Source of the DNA: Geosiphon pyriformis uo1
Lineage: Eukaryota > Fungi > Glomeromycota
Direction of reading: 5' to 3'
Assembly (NCBI GenBank): GCA_016748015.1
Contig: JAAOMT010000525.1
Location: 62,001 to 126,000, forward strand
DNA length: 64,000 nt
The notes beneath the pieces were generated by a model that worked only from the letters and a program-made list of their open reading frames with translations, was not told the DNA's origin and did no database searches. Both the position numbers and the translations under genes were made by a program. Shown here piece by piece: positions 13,298 to 24,895 of this stretch. Numbering within the stretch: the first letter of the stretch is position 1; every line of letters begins with the position of its first letter.

Positions 13298-14286
13298 TGT
13301 TACCAAACAAAATTAGAGATATTATTTAGCATAAAATTATCTTATAATTCCTATCATTAATTAGCATATATTATTATTTTAAATTATCACTTATTACATT
13401 AGCAAAAATGTCCGAAATTATCATTTAATTAATAACCCAATTTGTACACAACACAAATGTAATCTAATTGCGATGATCAATCATGTAATACCCGAACTAT
13501 GTAACATTCAAAAGTTTGCTGAAATTTGTAGAAATTTGTAGAAATTTACCAAAATAATTGATAGTTCACCGAAATATCTAATAGTTCACAGAAATAACTT
13601 GTAGTTTGCCGAAATGTATCTTTAGTTCAGTGAAATTGTAGAAAATAGCAAAGTTCAAGTTCATAGAATAGTGTTATGACAAGTTGTATAAAAGAAGAGC
13701 TTTTTTCTTCGAGAAAATGTATCTTACTTAAGATTTATCACTTAAAACCATTCCTACGTACACAAAAAGAAATAAATATCAAATAATTTAAAAAACCAAA
13801 TTCTTTAATTATTGCACTTGGAAAATCCCCAAAACCCAACTAATGTTTTAAAATTAATTAGCTACCAATTTCAATAAACTGTTAGTAACTCCAAGCCTGG
13901 ATCGAAAACATTTCTCTTGACAGAATTTTATTTCTTTCACATTTCTTTTATTTTTCTTTTATTTTTCTTATTACAATCATTAGGGTAGCCTACAGACAAA
14001 ATTCCTGTAGAAGAGTTGACTTTCACAGCAAAGTAACTACACATTTTTAGTGAGCTTTCAGATAAGCAATTCCTGGGAAAGAGTTGATATTTACTACAAT
14101 GTAACTACATTAAGTAACTGCCATAGAATTGGCCATTCCACTTATAAGCCCAGCAGTTCAAATTATAGGAGATAATTTGAAGATAAATTCAGTTACTGAA
14201 GGTCCAACTACTTCCTGGAAACGTGAATTCACAACAAATCAACATTAACAACATTCAAGAAAAAAGACCAAAAACCTCTGGTAACA
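13298..14286 (+). repeat. 5' LTR of element B
   Basis: TGTTACCA...TGGTAACA; U3 repeats of (a/g)tttgccgaaat type; TATAAAA near 13687. Confidence 0.95.
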
Positions 14287-14288
14287 TT

Positions 14289-14305
14289 TGGTGCTCTCTC
14301 ATGGA
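14289..14305 (+). promoter_or_regulatory. Primer-binding site of B (tRNA not identified)
   Basis: TGGTGCTCTCTCATGGA 2 nt after the LTR. Confidence 0.75.
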
Positions 14306-14331
14306 AATAACACAGCAACAACAAATTCAAA

Positions 14332-17300
14332 GTGGCGACCACACCAGATGCAACAACTCTAGAGTATTACCAGTCAATTTACACCCACTGCAAGCAAAGA
14401 TTCAACATTCCAGACGGAATTGAAGTTGTTAAGAAATCAGTATATTAATATATTGAAAACTGCATCAACAATTATTTTTTTGGAAATTACAATATCTCAG
14501 AAGTTAGAAGCAATCTTTACAATAATTTAGCACATTATTCACAGTTGGGAACTGAAGATTTTAACAGTGAAACACTTGCCACTTACTTTCACGAACTTAA
14601 TTTTAACATTATCAAATACTGTGAAGAAACATATCCAGTACAGTCTCAATACTCTATTAATTTTAAATTGGAAACAGAAACAAGCAACAAAGGCAAAAAC
14701 AAATTGAAGCAATACTCAAAAATCACCCCAAATACTCCAACACTACCAAAAACGACTGCCAAACATTTACAAACACCTGAACAAAGAACCAGTTCAAAAC
14801 TTCCACTTACTATCACACCTTTTCCAGCTTCACTTGCACAAGCACAAACACCTAATTCACCCTTGAATTGATTTGCAAGACCAGAAGATTTTACATCACT
14901 CAGAAGTCCCATCAGACAACAAGAACCCCTTCAAACTAGTTCCAATCTTCTTGACTTTCTAGCTGAAAATCAAAGTGAACACTCTAAGACAGCAGCGAAC
15001 AAAAAAAACAACTCTGAAATATCTAAAGAAGAATCAATAGACAATGAAAATGAAGAAGACAAAATGACAACATATATCGCAAAAATCCCGGAATTTAATG
15101 AAGAAGACATTGAGACCAGTCTCCAAGAATGGCTCGACCAAGTTACTAAAGCTGGAGATGCAAATGAATGGAATGCTGCCAGAATATTAAGAACAATTCC
15201 CTACTTTCTCAAAGGAACAGCAGGAGAATGGTTTGAAAACTTGGTTGCTCTATTCAATGATTGGAATGCTTTTAAAGCAGCCTTCCTTGAACAGTTCACC
15301 GACAATAATACCTCCATCACCCTTTGTAATTGTTTTCAAAATATCAAACAAGAACCCTCCGAATCTGTTATGACTTATATTGGGAAATTCAACAAACTTC
15401 TCAGATGAATTTGCCAACTCGAAACAAACAATTATTATTCCAATGCTCAAATCTTGGATCAATTTATCACTGGTTTAAAAGATAAACTAATTAAAAAGAT
15501 TCGCCCACATGCGCCAGAAGATTTAAACTCTGCCATACAGCATGCAAAAAGATATGAAATGACCATGGAAGAGACCAATCACACAAAACTTGTAAATTTG
15601 GCAATTGCAGAAACCAGCTCAGCAGCTGAGAAAAAAATTGACCAACTCACAAAGAAGGTTGAAAACTATTTTACCAAGCAACAACAACAGCAACCCCAAA
15701 GATATTAACCACCTCAAAGATATTAACCACCCCAAAAATGAAATCAAAATAATTTTGCACCACTTTCCAATAACCAGTCTCAGAATTGCCATTACTGTGG
15801 AATCTCTGGCCACTGGAAAAGAGATTGCAGGAAGCTACAACGAGACCAACAAAATAAAAATAATTAACGTTATCTTCCATCACAGCAATCTTATTATCAA
15901 CTACCACCACTAGCTTACTATCCACCAAGGCCCCAATACCAAAATAACTATTATCAGCCCGCCCCACAGCCAATCCAACAGCAATACCAACAACCACCCA
16001 CACAACATTATCAAGTATCTGCTCGAAGACTGAGTACACAAAGTCAATTCACACCACAAAACCGATACCAAGTAAACAACAATAGAATCAGTTCGAACAA
16101 CCAATTGGTTCCTCGAAATTCTACTCAACCAAGACCCAACCATTATCACACTCAACCCAATTATTTAACAATGTCAGAAGAACAGGATTTTCACCATACT
16201 GCACCTTCGGAAGGTAGAACTGCAGCACAACAACAAAACCCTTCTCATAACCACACCACTATTCCATCAGCCCAAATTGCTGAAAACGCCAATCTCTTTG
16301 ATATCTTTCCTTTCGAGTTCAAAGCCAATGAATCACCATTTCTACTCAGCAATGCAGCCGCTAATGAACAAAAAGCAAGCACTGCTATGTACACTGAAGC
16401 AGAAGTTGAAGGAAAGACAATTTGCTTGATCCTAGACAGTGGATCCGCTGGAAGCATTATCACCTACCAGTTAATACAACAGTTAAAGAAAAATGTCGAC
16501 CGATCAGCTCAAACAGTAATCATTACTGCTGATGGCATGAAAAAGACTTCAGTAGGAGAAATTGAGAATTTTCTATTCACTCTTGATGGAATTACCATTC
16601 CAGTCAAAGTTCTTGTAATGGATGCACCCCAATACCAAGCTCTCTTGGGAAATGATTGGCTTCAAAAAGCCAATGCTAATCTGAATTGGGAAACACAAGA
16701 GTTAACAATCTCCTACCAAGAACAACACGCCCAGGTACCTGCCACTTATGGTACATTCAACAAATGCTCTGAAAAAGCCCCAGTTTTTGAATTCGAACTG
16801 GAAGAGGAAAAACCCTTCATTGAAACATTCATGGCTCTTGGATCAACATCCAACTGGGCCAATGAAACGGAACAAAAACATTTTACCTCACACTCTGAAC
16901 CCGAAACCTCTGGATGGAATATCCCTTACTCAAAACCCGAACCAAAGAAACAACGTCCCTATATTCTCCTTAAATGTAAAGACTGCCACAAAAAACTATT
17001 GTCAATGGAAGCCTGTATTTTACCTAAAGAAGAATATAAAAATCATACTTGTTATTACTGCAAGGCTTACCACAGAGAACAATGGGGCCATCTAATAAAA
17101 AGAAGTAGAAAATGGGACAACACCCCTTGTTTGACTTGTGGAGATATACTACCAGAAGAATGCAATTGAATTGATATAGCAATGAGAGAAGGAGTCTGTG
17201 ATCAAACCTGCCAATATGCTTTATCAATTTCAGAAAAAATCAAAAAAGGAACACCTTTTAATGTAGCATACAACAGTGCTCTCAACAAACTTTATCACTA

Positions 17301-19967
17301 CCCCTATGATACTGAAATGATTTTCAATTTAGCAATGGCATTAATTAATAGAGCTACCAAAGAAGATGTTCGTCAAATGAAGGAAGCAGAATACATTGAA
17401 TACACCATGGAATTAGCTAGATTTGATTACAAAAATGAAGTAAAAGTCTACTATCAAATTGCAAGTCACACCTACCCAATCCAAGAAGCTCAAATTCAAC
17501 AATTAGAGCAAATGAACATTAGGCTATGTGAAAAATGCATTATGTCTTGTAATGAACAGTGGTGTCCTGAATGCTATGCTCTTAGCATCCTCTTGCCCAG
17601 TGAAAGTGATGAGAACGAAATTGAATTTGGAAAACCTGAAGCCACAAAAGAAATTGAAACAACACCTACTTATCTTATCAAAAATCAGCCTGCTTTACAA
17701 CTTAAATACTTCAACAACAATAGACAAGAAATAAAACCTGAAAAAACACATGAAATTGATGCTGGATATAACTTAAGATATCCAGATAAGGATACTCTTG
17801 TTTTCTAACCCAAATCTCTCACAAAAATCAACCTAAAAATTGCACTCAAAATCCTGCTAGAAACAATGATTCAAATCGCCTCCCAGTCCTCTCTGGCAAG
17901 CAAAGGAATAAATGTTAGAGGAGGAATAATCGATGCTGGATATACTGAAAACATTACAGTAATGCTTCAAAACGAAACTGACAAATCATTCAAGATCGAA
18001 CATGCTGAAAAAATTGCCCAAGCTATTTATCTACCCCTAATCAACATTTTGGGTTTGCAACTAGTCAATCAAAGAGAACAATTAGGAAAAAGTGATAGAG
18101 GAACCCAAGGTTTTGGTTCAACTGGACAATTCACAGTTCCAATTAATATAGCTCTTAATACACAGAACGAATCCCACCAGATTCTCAGACTTCCACAACC
18201 AATTACCATCTCACCCTTTGGAGAACATCCGGAAATCTACACCTGCCCAAAGCCAACAACCACACAACAAATTTTTGAGTTCAATGAACAAGTCTGCTTG
18301 AAACATAATATTTTAATTCCAAACATTTATATTCCAGAAGGAACAAAAAAAGTCCGAGTTACTTTTTACAACCCCAATAATTACCCCATAATTTTATTAA
18401 ATAATTTAGAAATTGGAGTTATTCACAGTAATATATTTCAACAAAAATTATCCCAAACAGTTCCCGATTTCTCTGAAATTATTGGACATTCACTACCAAA
18501 AATCAACCCAAACTTCAGCTCTGAAAATTACCATGTTGTTATAGAAAAACTGTCTCGAATCAACATGGAACAACTTGAACCACAACAACAGACCCAGCTC
18601 AAAGAGCTAATTGCAGAATTTGCCAATATCTTTGCTGAAAACAACAATGACTTAGGAAGAACCGATTTGGTCCAACACCAAATTTATACAGAAGATGCCA
18701 AACCAAGAAGACAACAAGCATATCGAGTTGCTCCAGAAAGCCACCAATTCATCCAAGAAGAAATACAACGAATGCTTAACAATGGGCTCATCCAACCCTC
18801 CATGAGTCCTTGGGCTTTACCTGTAGTGCTAGTTAAAAAGAAAAATGGAAAGATCTGATTTTGTGTTGACTATTGACAACTCAATAGTGTTACAATTGGA
18901 GATGTCTATTCTCTTCCCCAAATTAATGACATGTTAGATGCCCTTGAAAAATCCAAATACTTTTCAACACTAGATTTAGAAAGCGATTACTGGCAAGTTG
19001 CTATGGATTCCATAGATCACTCCAAAACAGCATTTATTACCCAAGACGGAAATTACGAGTTCAATATAATGCTTTTCGGATTATGCAATACACCAACAAC
19101 ATTTCAGAGATTAATAGATGTTGTGTACCAAGGACTTTTTAGAAGTCAGTAGTCGTTTATCTTGACAATACTGATGTTTATTCTCCATTGTTCAAATTAC
19201 ACTTAAAACACCTGTGAAAAGTTTTTCAATGATTACAAAAAGCAAGACTAAAACTTAACATCGAAAAATGCTACTTTGGAAAAACAAGTTTGGCCTTCCT
19301 TGGGCATATTGTTAATGAAGATGGAATCAAACCAGACCCTGGGAAAATTAGCATTGTCAAAAACTTCAAAACTCCTTGAAACACTACAGAACTAAGAGAA
19401 TTCATAGGATTAGCATCCTACTATCAGAAGTTTATCAAAGAATTCTCAGAAATTGCAAAACCCCTCAACCAGCTCACCACCAAAAACATTGAATACAAAT
19501 GGACTACCGAACACCAAAAAGCTTTTGAAATTCTCAAGGAAAAACTGACAACAGCTCCAATCCTCGCCTACCCAGATTTCAGTAACTGATTTCGACTAGC
19601 TACAGATGCTTTGTATACTGCTTTTGGTGCCATCTTATCACAACTAGATAACAATGGAAATGAGCAAGTAATTGCTTATGCTAGCAGAACATTAAAACCA
19701 GCTGAGAAAAACTATCCTGCCACAGAACTAGAAACAGCAGCCATAATTTGGGCCCTACATCACTTCAACCTTTATCTCAGGCCTAAAGAATTTGATATTA
19801 TTACTGATAATATTGGACTCAAATAGTTACAAAACAAAAACACTCAGCTGAATACCAAACAAACCAAATGGACAGAATTTTTAGCAAACTATTAATACAT
19901 AGTACATCACAAACCAGAAAAACTCCACACCAATATTGATTGTTTCTCCAGAATGAGACAAGATTAG
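14332..19967 (+). pseudogene. Element B gag-PR-Cys-rich-dUTPase-RT-RNase H polyprotein
   Basis: CHYCGISGHWKRDC, ILDSGSAGS, DAGY/RGTQGFGSTG, YLDN (decayed YLDD), ELETAAI; one frameshift near 19140 and many CAA/CGA/TGG-derived stops. Confidence 0.93.
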
Positions 19968-20018
19968 AAAACACAAAAACCAACACTCAACTTAACCAAT
20001 TAAAACAACCAACAAACA

Positions 20019-21404
20019 ATGAATTTGGAAAACTACAACAATCTCAAACAATATTTGGAAACATTAACAATCCCAACAGATTGGTTTCCAGATAAAAAAC
20101 ATCGACTACAACAACAAGCCAAACAATATTTTCTACACAACAACATTATTTATCATCGAAATTTCAAAAACCCAAACAAACCACTCAGATTAATACAAAA
20201 ACAGGAAAAAATGACCATCTTATACAACATGCACTCAGATCCTTCATTAGCACACTTTGGAAAAGATAGCACCACCCAAAGAACACTAGAATACTACTTT
20301 TGGCCTCGAATGAGGAAAGACATTCACAAATATGTTGAGTTTTGTAATAATTGTTAAAGAAAAGAAAAAATACGCCCTATTGAACCATTAAATCTAATCA
20401 AAGTTGGACAACCCTTTGACCAAGTTGGTATCGATTTAGTCGGACCACTATCTATCACCACTCAAGGAAACCGTTATATTGCAGTAGCTGTAGACTATCT
20501 TACTAAATGGCCTGAAGCCAGAGCCATTCAATGAGCAGATACAAAATCAATAGCAAATTTCATCTATGAAGACATCATTTGTAAACACGGATGTCCAATT
20601 GAACTTTTATCTGATCAGGGGACACACTTTGTGAACAACCTGATACAAGAAATTTGCGAACAATTCAATGTCAAAAAACCTTTGTCTTTGCCCTACTATC
20701 CACAAACAAATGGACTTGTGGAACATTTTAACAAAACATTGTGTGAGTCATTAGCCAAAGTCTTAACTGATTTTGAGCAAGAGTGGGATATCTTTATTCC
20801 ATCAGTGTTGCTAGCATACAGAACACTAAAACAAGATACCACAAAACACACACCATTTGATTTAACTTATGGAAGAACAGCAACATTACCAATTAATTTT
20901 ACAGTGGAAACATACCTAGTACAACCAATCAATGAAAACAATTTCCAAGAAACGCTTCAGTGAAGAGCCTACACTCTGCTTAGCACATTGGAAGAAAAAC
21001 AATGAATAGCAGCCACCCATATTGAACACTCCCAAGCTTGACAAAAAGAACAGCATAATAACAAATTGCCTCCAGTCACCAATGAATTTAAAACCGGAAA
21101 CAAAGTTCTCTTACACAGAACTAAAGCTGAAAAACAATGGAGTGGAAAATTTGAAAATAAATGAGATGGACCATTCTTTATCCATAAAGTCCTAGGCAAT
21201 GGATCATACAAGCTAAGACTTGATGACAAAATTCTAACAAAAGTTGCACATGGAGATTGTTTGAAACACTATCATTCCAGAAACAATCCTGAACCATTAA
21301 TTCTACAAATTGGTAGACATTCCTCTTTAGTCAATCCCGAAGATATTTCCCAAAACTTAGAACCAATAGTTGTCATTGAACAACCTTCCAACCTGAACAC
21401 TTAA
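20019..21404 (+). pseudogene. Element B integrase (separate ORF)
   Basis: Own ATG; H..H/C..C zinc motif, GIDLVGP, SDQG, NGLVE, GPF module; no chromodomain seen. Confidence 0.92.
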
Positions 21405-21510
21405 TTTAATTTTACTAGTTATTCTCTTATAATTTAGAAACAATCAAAACAAAAATAACATAAAAACCCATACACCAAAAATAATTTTCTTTTATTTCAA
21501 ATTTCTTATA

Positions 21511-22230
21511 ATGACTATTCCTCAAAACATTCAACAATTATCCCAAAAACTAATGTTAGCTTTAAAAACAATACCCAAATTATCCATTACTGTTAGTGGA
21601 AACCACATTAATTATACCCAAACAGAAGTAGTTATAAATTTAGCCCCAAATTTACAAAAATATCATCCATATAAGAAGAACACAAGAAGTTATTCTGGAA
21701 TTCATCTGCCAGAACTTTTAAAGCTTGCTTTAAGAGAAAACCTAATGCTCACTCCAATTAGTATTCCACCAAATGCTACAATTCAACAAAGACTTCAACT
21801 GTGTTTCAAGAAGGAAAACACTGAATATTTTCCAATCTATAGATATTTCAACATTAGAAAAACACTCTATAAACGAAAACTGGAACTTACAACAGCAAAC
21901 CTCACAAAAGAAGCCATTCAGAAACAACTCCACAATGAATTTAAGACAACAGCTGGATCAACAAACAGTTGCTACAGGCTCAGAGCTGCTTTTAGACTTT
22001 ATGACCTATTCTATACCTGTGAAAACATACTACAAAACCCAATTTTTCAATCTTTGAAGATTCAATACATTAGAAAGCTCACAGAACTGAAATTTCAACA
22101 ATTTTCAGACCAAATTTCTTCAATAATTTTGGATTATTATCTGGAAATGACAGACAGTACTTGGACTTCGACAGAGCTCAGTCTTGAGGAGGAGGTTATG
22201 TTACCAGATGAAATTAGAGATATTATTTAA
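21511..22230 (+). CDS. Element B ORF3, 239 aa, unknown function
   Basis: Uninterrupted ORF between IN and the 3' LTR, reading through the PPT; homologous to the ORF3s of A and C. Confidence 0.85.
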   Translation: MTIPQNIQQLSQKLMLALKTIPKLSITVSGNHINYTQTEVVINLAPNLQKYHPYKKNTRSYSGIHLPELLKLALRENLMLTPISIPPNATIQQRLQLCFKKENTEYFPIYRYFNIRKTLYKRKLELTTANLTKEAIQKQLHNEFKTTAGSTNSCYRLRAAFRLYDLFYTCENILQNPIFQSLKIQYIRKLTELKFQQFSDQISSIILDYYLEMTDSTWTSTELSLEEEVMLPDEIRDII

Positions 22231-23177
22231 CATGAAATTATCTTATAATTCCTATTATTAATTAGCATATATTATCATTTTAAATTATCACTTATTACAT
22301 TAGCAAAAATGTCTGAAATTATTATTTAATTAATAACCCAAATTGTACACAACACAAATGTAATCTAATTGCGATGATCAATCATGCAATACCCGAACTA
22401 TGTAACATTCAAAAGTTTGCCGAAATTTGTAGAAATTTGCCGAAATAATTGATAGTTTACCGAAATATCTAATAGTTCATAGAAATAACTTGTAGTTCAC
22501 CAAAATGTATTTTTAGTTTAGTGAAATTGTAGAAAATAGCAAAGTTCAAGTTCATAGAATAGTGTTATAACAAGTTGTATAAAAGAAGAGCTTTTTTCTT
22601 CAAGAAAATGTATCTTACTTTAGATTTATCACTTAAAACCATTCCTATGTACACAAAAAAAAATAAATATCAAATAATTTAAAAAACCAAATTCTTTAAT
22701 TATTGTACTTGGAAAATCCCCAAAACTCAACTAATGTTTTGAAATTGATTAGCTACCAATTTCAATAAACTGTTAGTGACTCCAAGCCTGGATCAAAAAT
22801 ATTTCCTTTAACAGAATTTTATTTCTTTCACATTTCTTTTATTTTTCTTTTATTTTTCTTATTACAATCATTAGGATAGCCTACAGACGAGATTCCTGTA
22901 GAAGAGTTGACTTTTACAGCAAAGTAACTACATATTTTTAGTGAGCTTCCAGACAAGTAATTCCTGGGAAAGAGTTGACATTTACTACAATGTAACTATA
23001 TAAAGTAACTAGTATGGAATTGGCCATTCCACTTATAAGCCCAGCAGTTCAAATTATAAGAGATAATTTGAAGATAAATTCAGTTACTGGAGGTCTAACT
23101 ACTTTCCGGAAATGTGAATTCACAACAAATCAACATTAACAACATTCGAGAAAAAAGACCAAAAACCTCTGGTAACA
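22199..23177 (+). repeat. 3' LTR of element B
   Basis: Follows the PPT gaggaggagg; matches the 5' LTR. Confidence 0.95.
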
Positions 23178-23738
23178 ATGTGGAGGAATGTGCGACATAT
23201 CGTGTCAATACATAATTTTAATAAGTGACTGGATAAGAAAAAGAACCCCAATAGAAGCAGCCTGGAAAAGAGCCGTACAGTGACTGGACAGTTGTCCACA
23301 TAACGATGACAAAATTTGGCGAATGGCACTCGCCAAAATCGAAGGGGCATTGTCTAAAGAAATAAAAACAATCAAAGACAACCCCCCAGAATCTTTAGAG
23401 CTTAACTGGGATGCAAAACCCATTATAAATCTTCTGGATTCAGAACAATTCCATGAACACTACCAAGAATTAGCACCCACAAGGGAAGAACAAGAACAAT
23501 GGTTAGAGCAGTTGAATGCTTGACTATGTCAACACTATCTAATTCCCTGTGACTTTCAGTATTGTAATGAGTGTAACCTCATTTACAATCCACTACCACA
23601 TATAATTTATACAATCCCTGAAGAGGAAAAACCAATCAGCAGATGTGCATCAGAATCGGAATCAATTTTTTATCCTGATTCAAACTCCAACAATGATGAT
23701 GACAAAAACACCAGTTCCAGCTCCATTTAATATGGCAA
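23178..23738 (+). pseudogene. Element A polyprotein, continuation of the Cys-rich domain
   Basis: YQELAPTREEQEQ…LC.H.LIPCDFQYCNEC, homologous to C 28013-28510. Confidence 0.88.
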
Positions 23739-24833
23739 TGTCATCTAAGTAGAAAAACCAATCCAAAGTTATAAAAAAACATGACCAAAATGTAACATAA
23801 TACAGAATAATACACAATAACATTGGATAACACATTATAACATTGGATAACATGTTATAACACAGGATAACACAGAATAGCACGCAATAACATAGAATAA
23901 TGTGTTATAACACAGAATAACACAGAATAACATGTAATAACGTCAGATAACATATTATAACATAGGATAACTAGCGATAACGTAGAAAAACGAAGCAATA
24001 ACAGAAACAACAAAGCAATAGCTAGCAATAGTAAGACAATTGAAAGCAATCCTGTAAAACCAAAAGAATGTATAAAAGCAAGTAGTTGTAGAAGTGAGAA
24101 AAGACAGAGAAGAAAAAATAGATATGAACCTCTAGACCAGAAATTAAAATATCCATACCCCTTCATCCTTTATTATCTTCCCTATTTCATTTCCTAAAAT
24201 AAATCAATTATTAAAAGAAATCAGAATCATGAATTCATGTTCTCGAACTTCGTGAAATTTACGTGAATTAACCCTTGTCTCATACCTCTGTTCTAGAACA
24301 GAAGCTCTTAGCATAACTGCCTCGAACCTATTAACAATTTGAACTAATTGCTCTTGATCACAGCAATTGACAATACTAATTTATCTTTTCTCTTTTTTCT
24401 TTTCTTTTCTTTTTCTTTTTCTTTCTTTTTCTGTCTTAATTTTTTTGTGGAGTGGCAACATAGTAAAATCGACTGTCTGGAAATAGACTTCATAATAGCC
24501 TGGTAAAAGAGGGAAGCTTCCCCTAAGTTTTGGATATTAACATTATCTTGTTAGCTTACTAGAAGGGTGAAAAGACAATGCCAGACCCTAATGACTGCAC
24601 TCGTTAGCTCGGAGAAGAAAGCTCACATTTACGAAAAAACATTGCAATCGACGAAAGACAAACTCTGTGCCTTATAACCAAAGAACTCAACAGATAAAAT
24701 TCACATCCAGAAATAGACCTTCAGAGACTGATAATCAAGACTAAGCCAACAGAATTACACGAAAGACGCATCATCAATAATTGAGAGCACCAAATGTTAC
24801 TATTTCCCATACCCACCAAGTTTACCCGTAACA
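23739..24833 (+). repeat. 5' LTR of element C
   Basis: TG...GTAACA; matches 32893-33967. Confidence 0.95.
23790..23985. repeat. U3 tandem array of ATAAC(A/G)-core units in LTR C
   Basis: ataacac/ataacat/ataacg repeated many times; the array is shorter in the 3' LTR (~32945-33120). Confidence 0.85.
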
Positions 24834-24835
24834 TT

Positions 24836-24852
24836 TGGTGCTCCCTGTGAGG
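24836..24852 (+). promoter_or_regulatory. Primer-binding site of C (identical to A)
   Basis: TGGTGCTCCCTGTGAGG. Confidence 0.8.
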
Positions 24853-24895
24853 TTATAAATCCACAGAGACAGAGCACCCCCAAAAATACATAAAA

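Larger units (their letters stand above)
13298..23177 (+). mobile_element. Ty3/Gypsy LTR retrotransposon B, full length, nested in A
   Basis: LTRs 13298-14286 and 22199-23177; flanks acgt/atgt; the host frame DIPG|RGGMCD is restored on removal. Confidence 0.96.

Noticed and set aside
15695-15735. 18-bp tandem duplication (caaagatattaaccacc) in B gag
   Set aside because: In-frame slippage in a Q/P-rich linker; no evidence of function
21240-21404. Possible chromodomain at the integrase C-terminus
   Set aside because: Only a short tail ending in EP(I/V)(V/I)(V/I)I follows the GPF module; no aromatic-cage pattern
21511-22230. ORF3 as an envelope gene
   Set aside because: No signal peptide, TM anchor or furin/fusion motif, and it is short
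23790-23985. Short repeat arrays in LTRs as possible CRISPR-like arrays
   Set aside because: Degenerate tandem units without unique spacers, inside eukaryotic LTR U3 regions; no cas genes
24718-24735. TTCAGAGACTG resembling the group I intron R element
   Set aside because: No P, Q or S partners found; not conserved in the other LTR families
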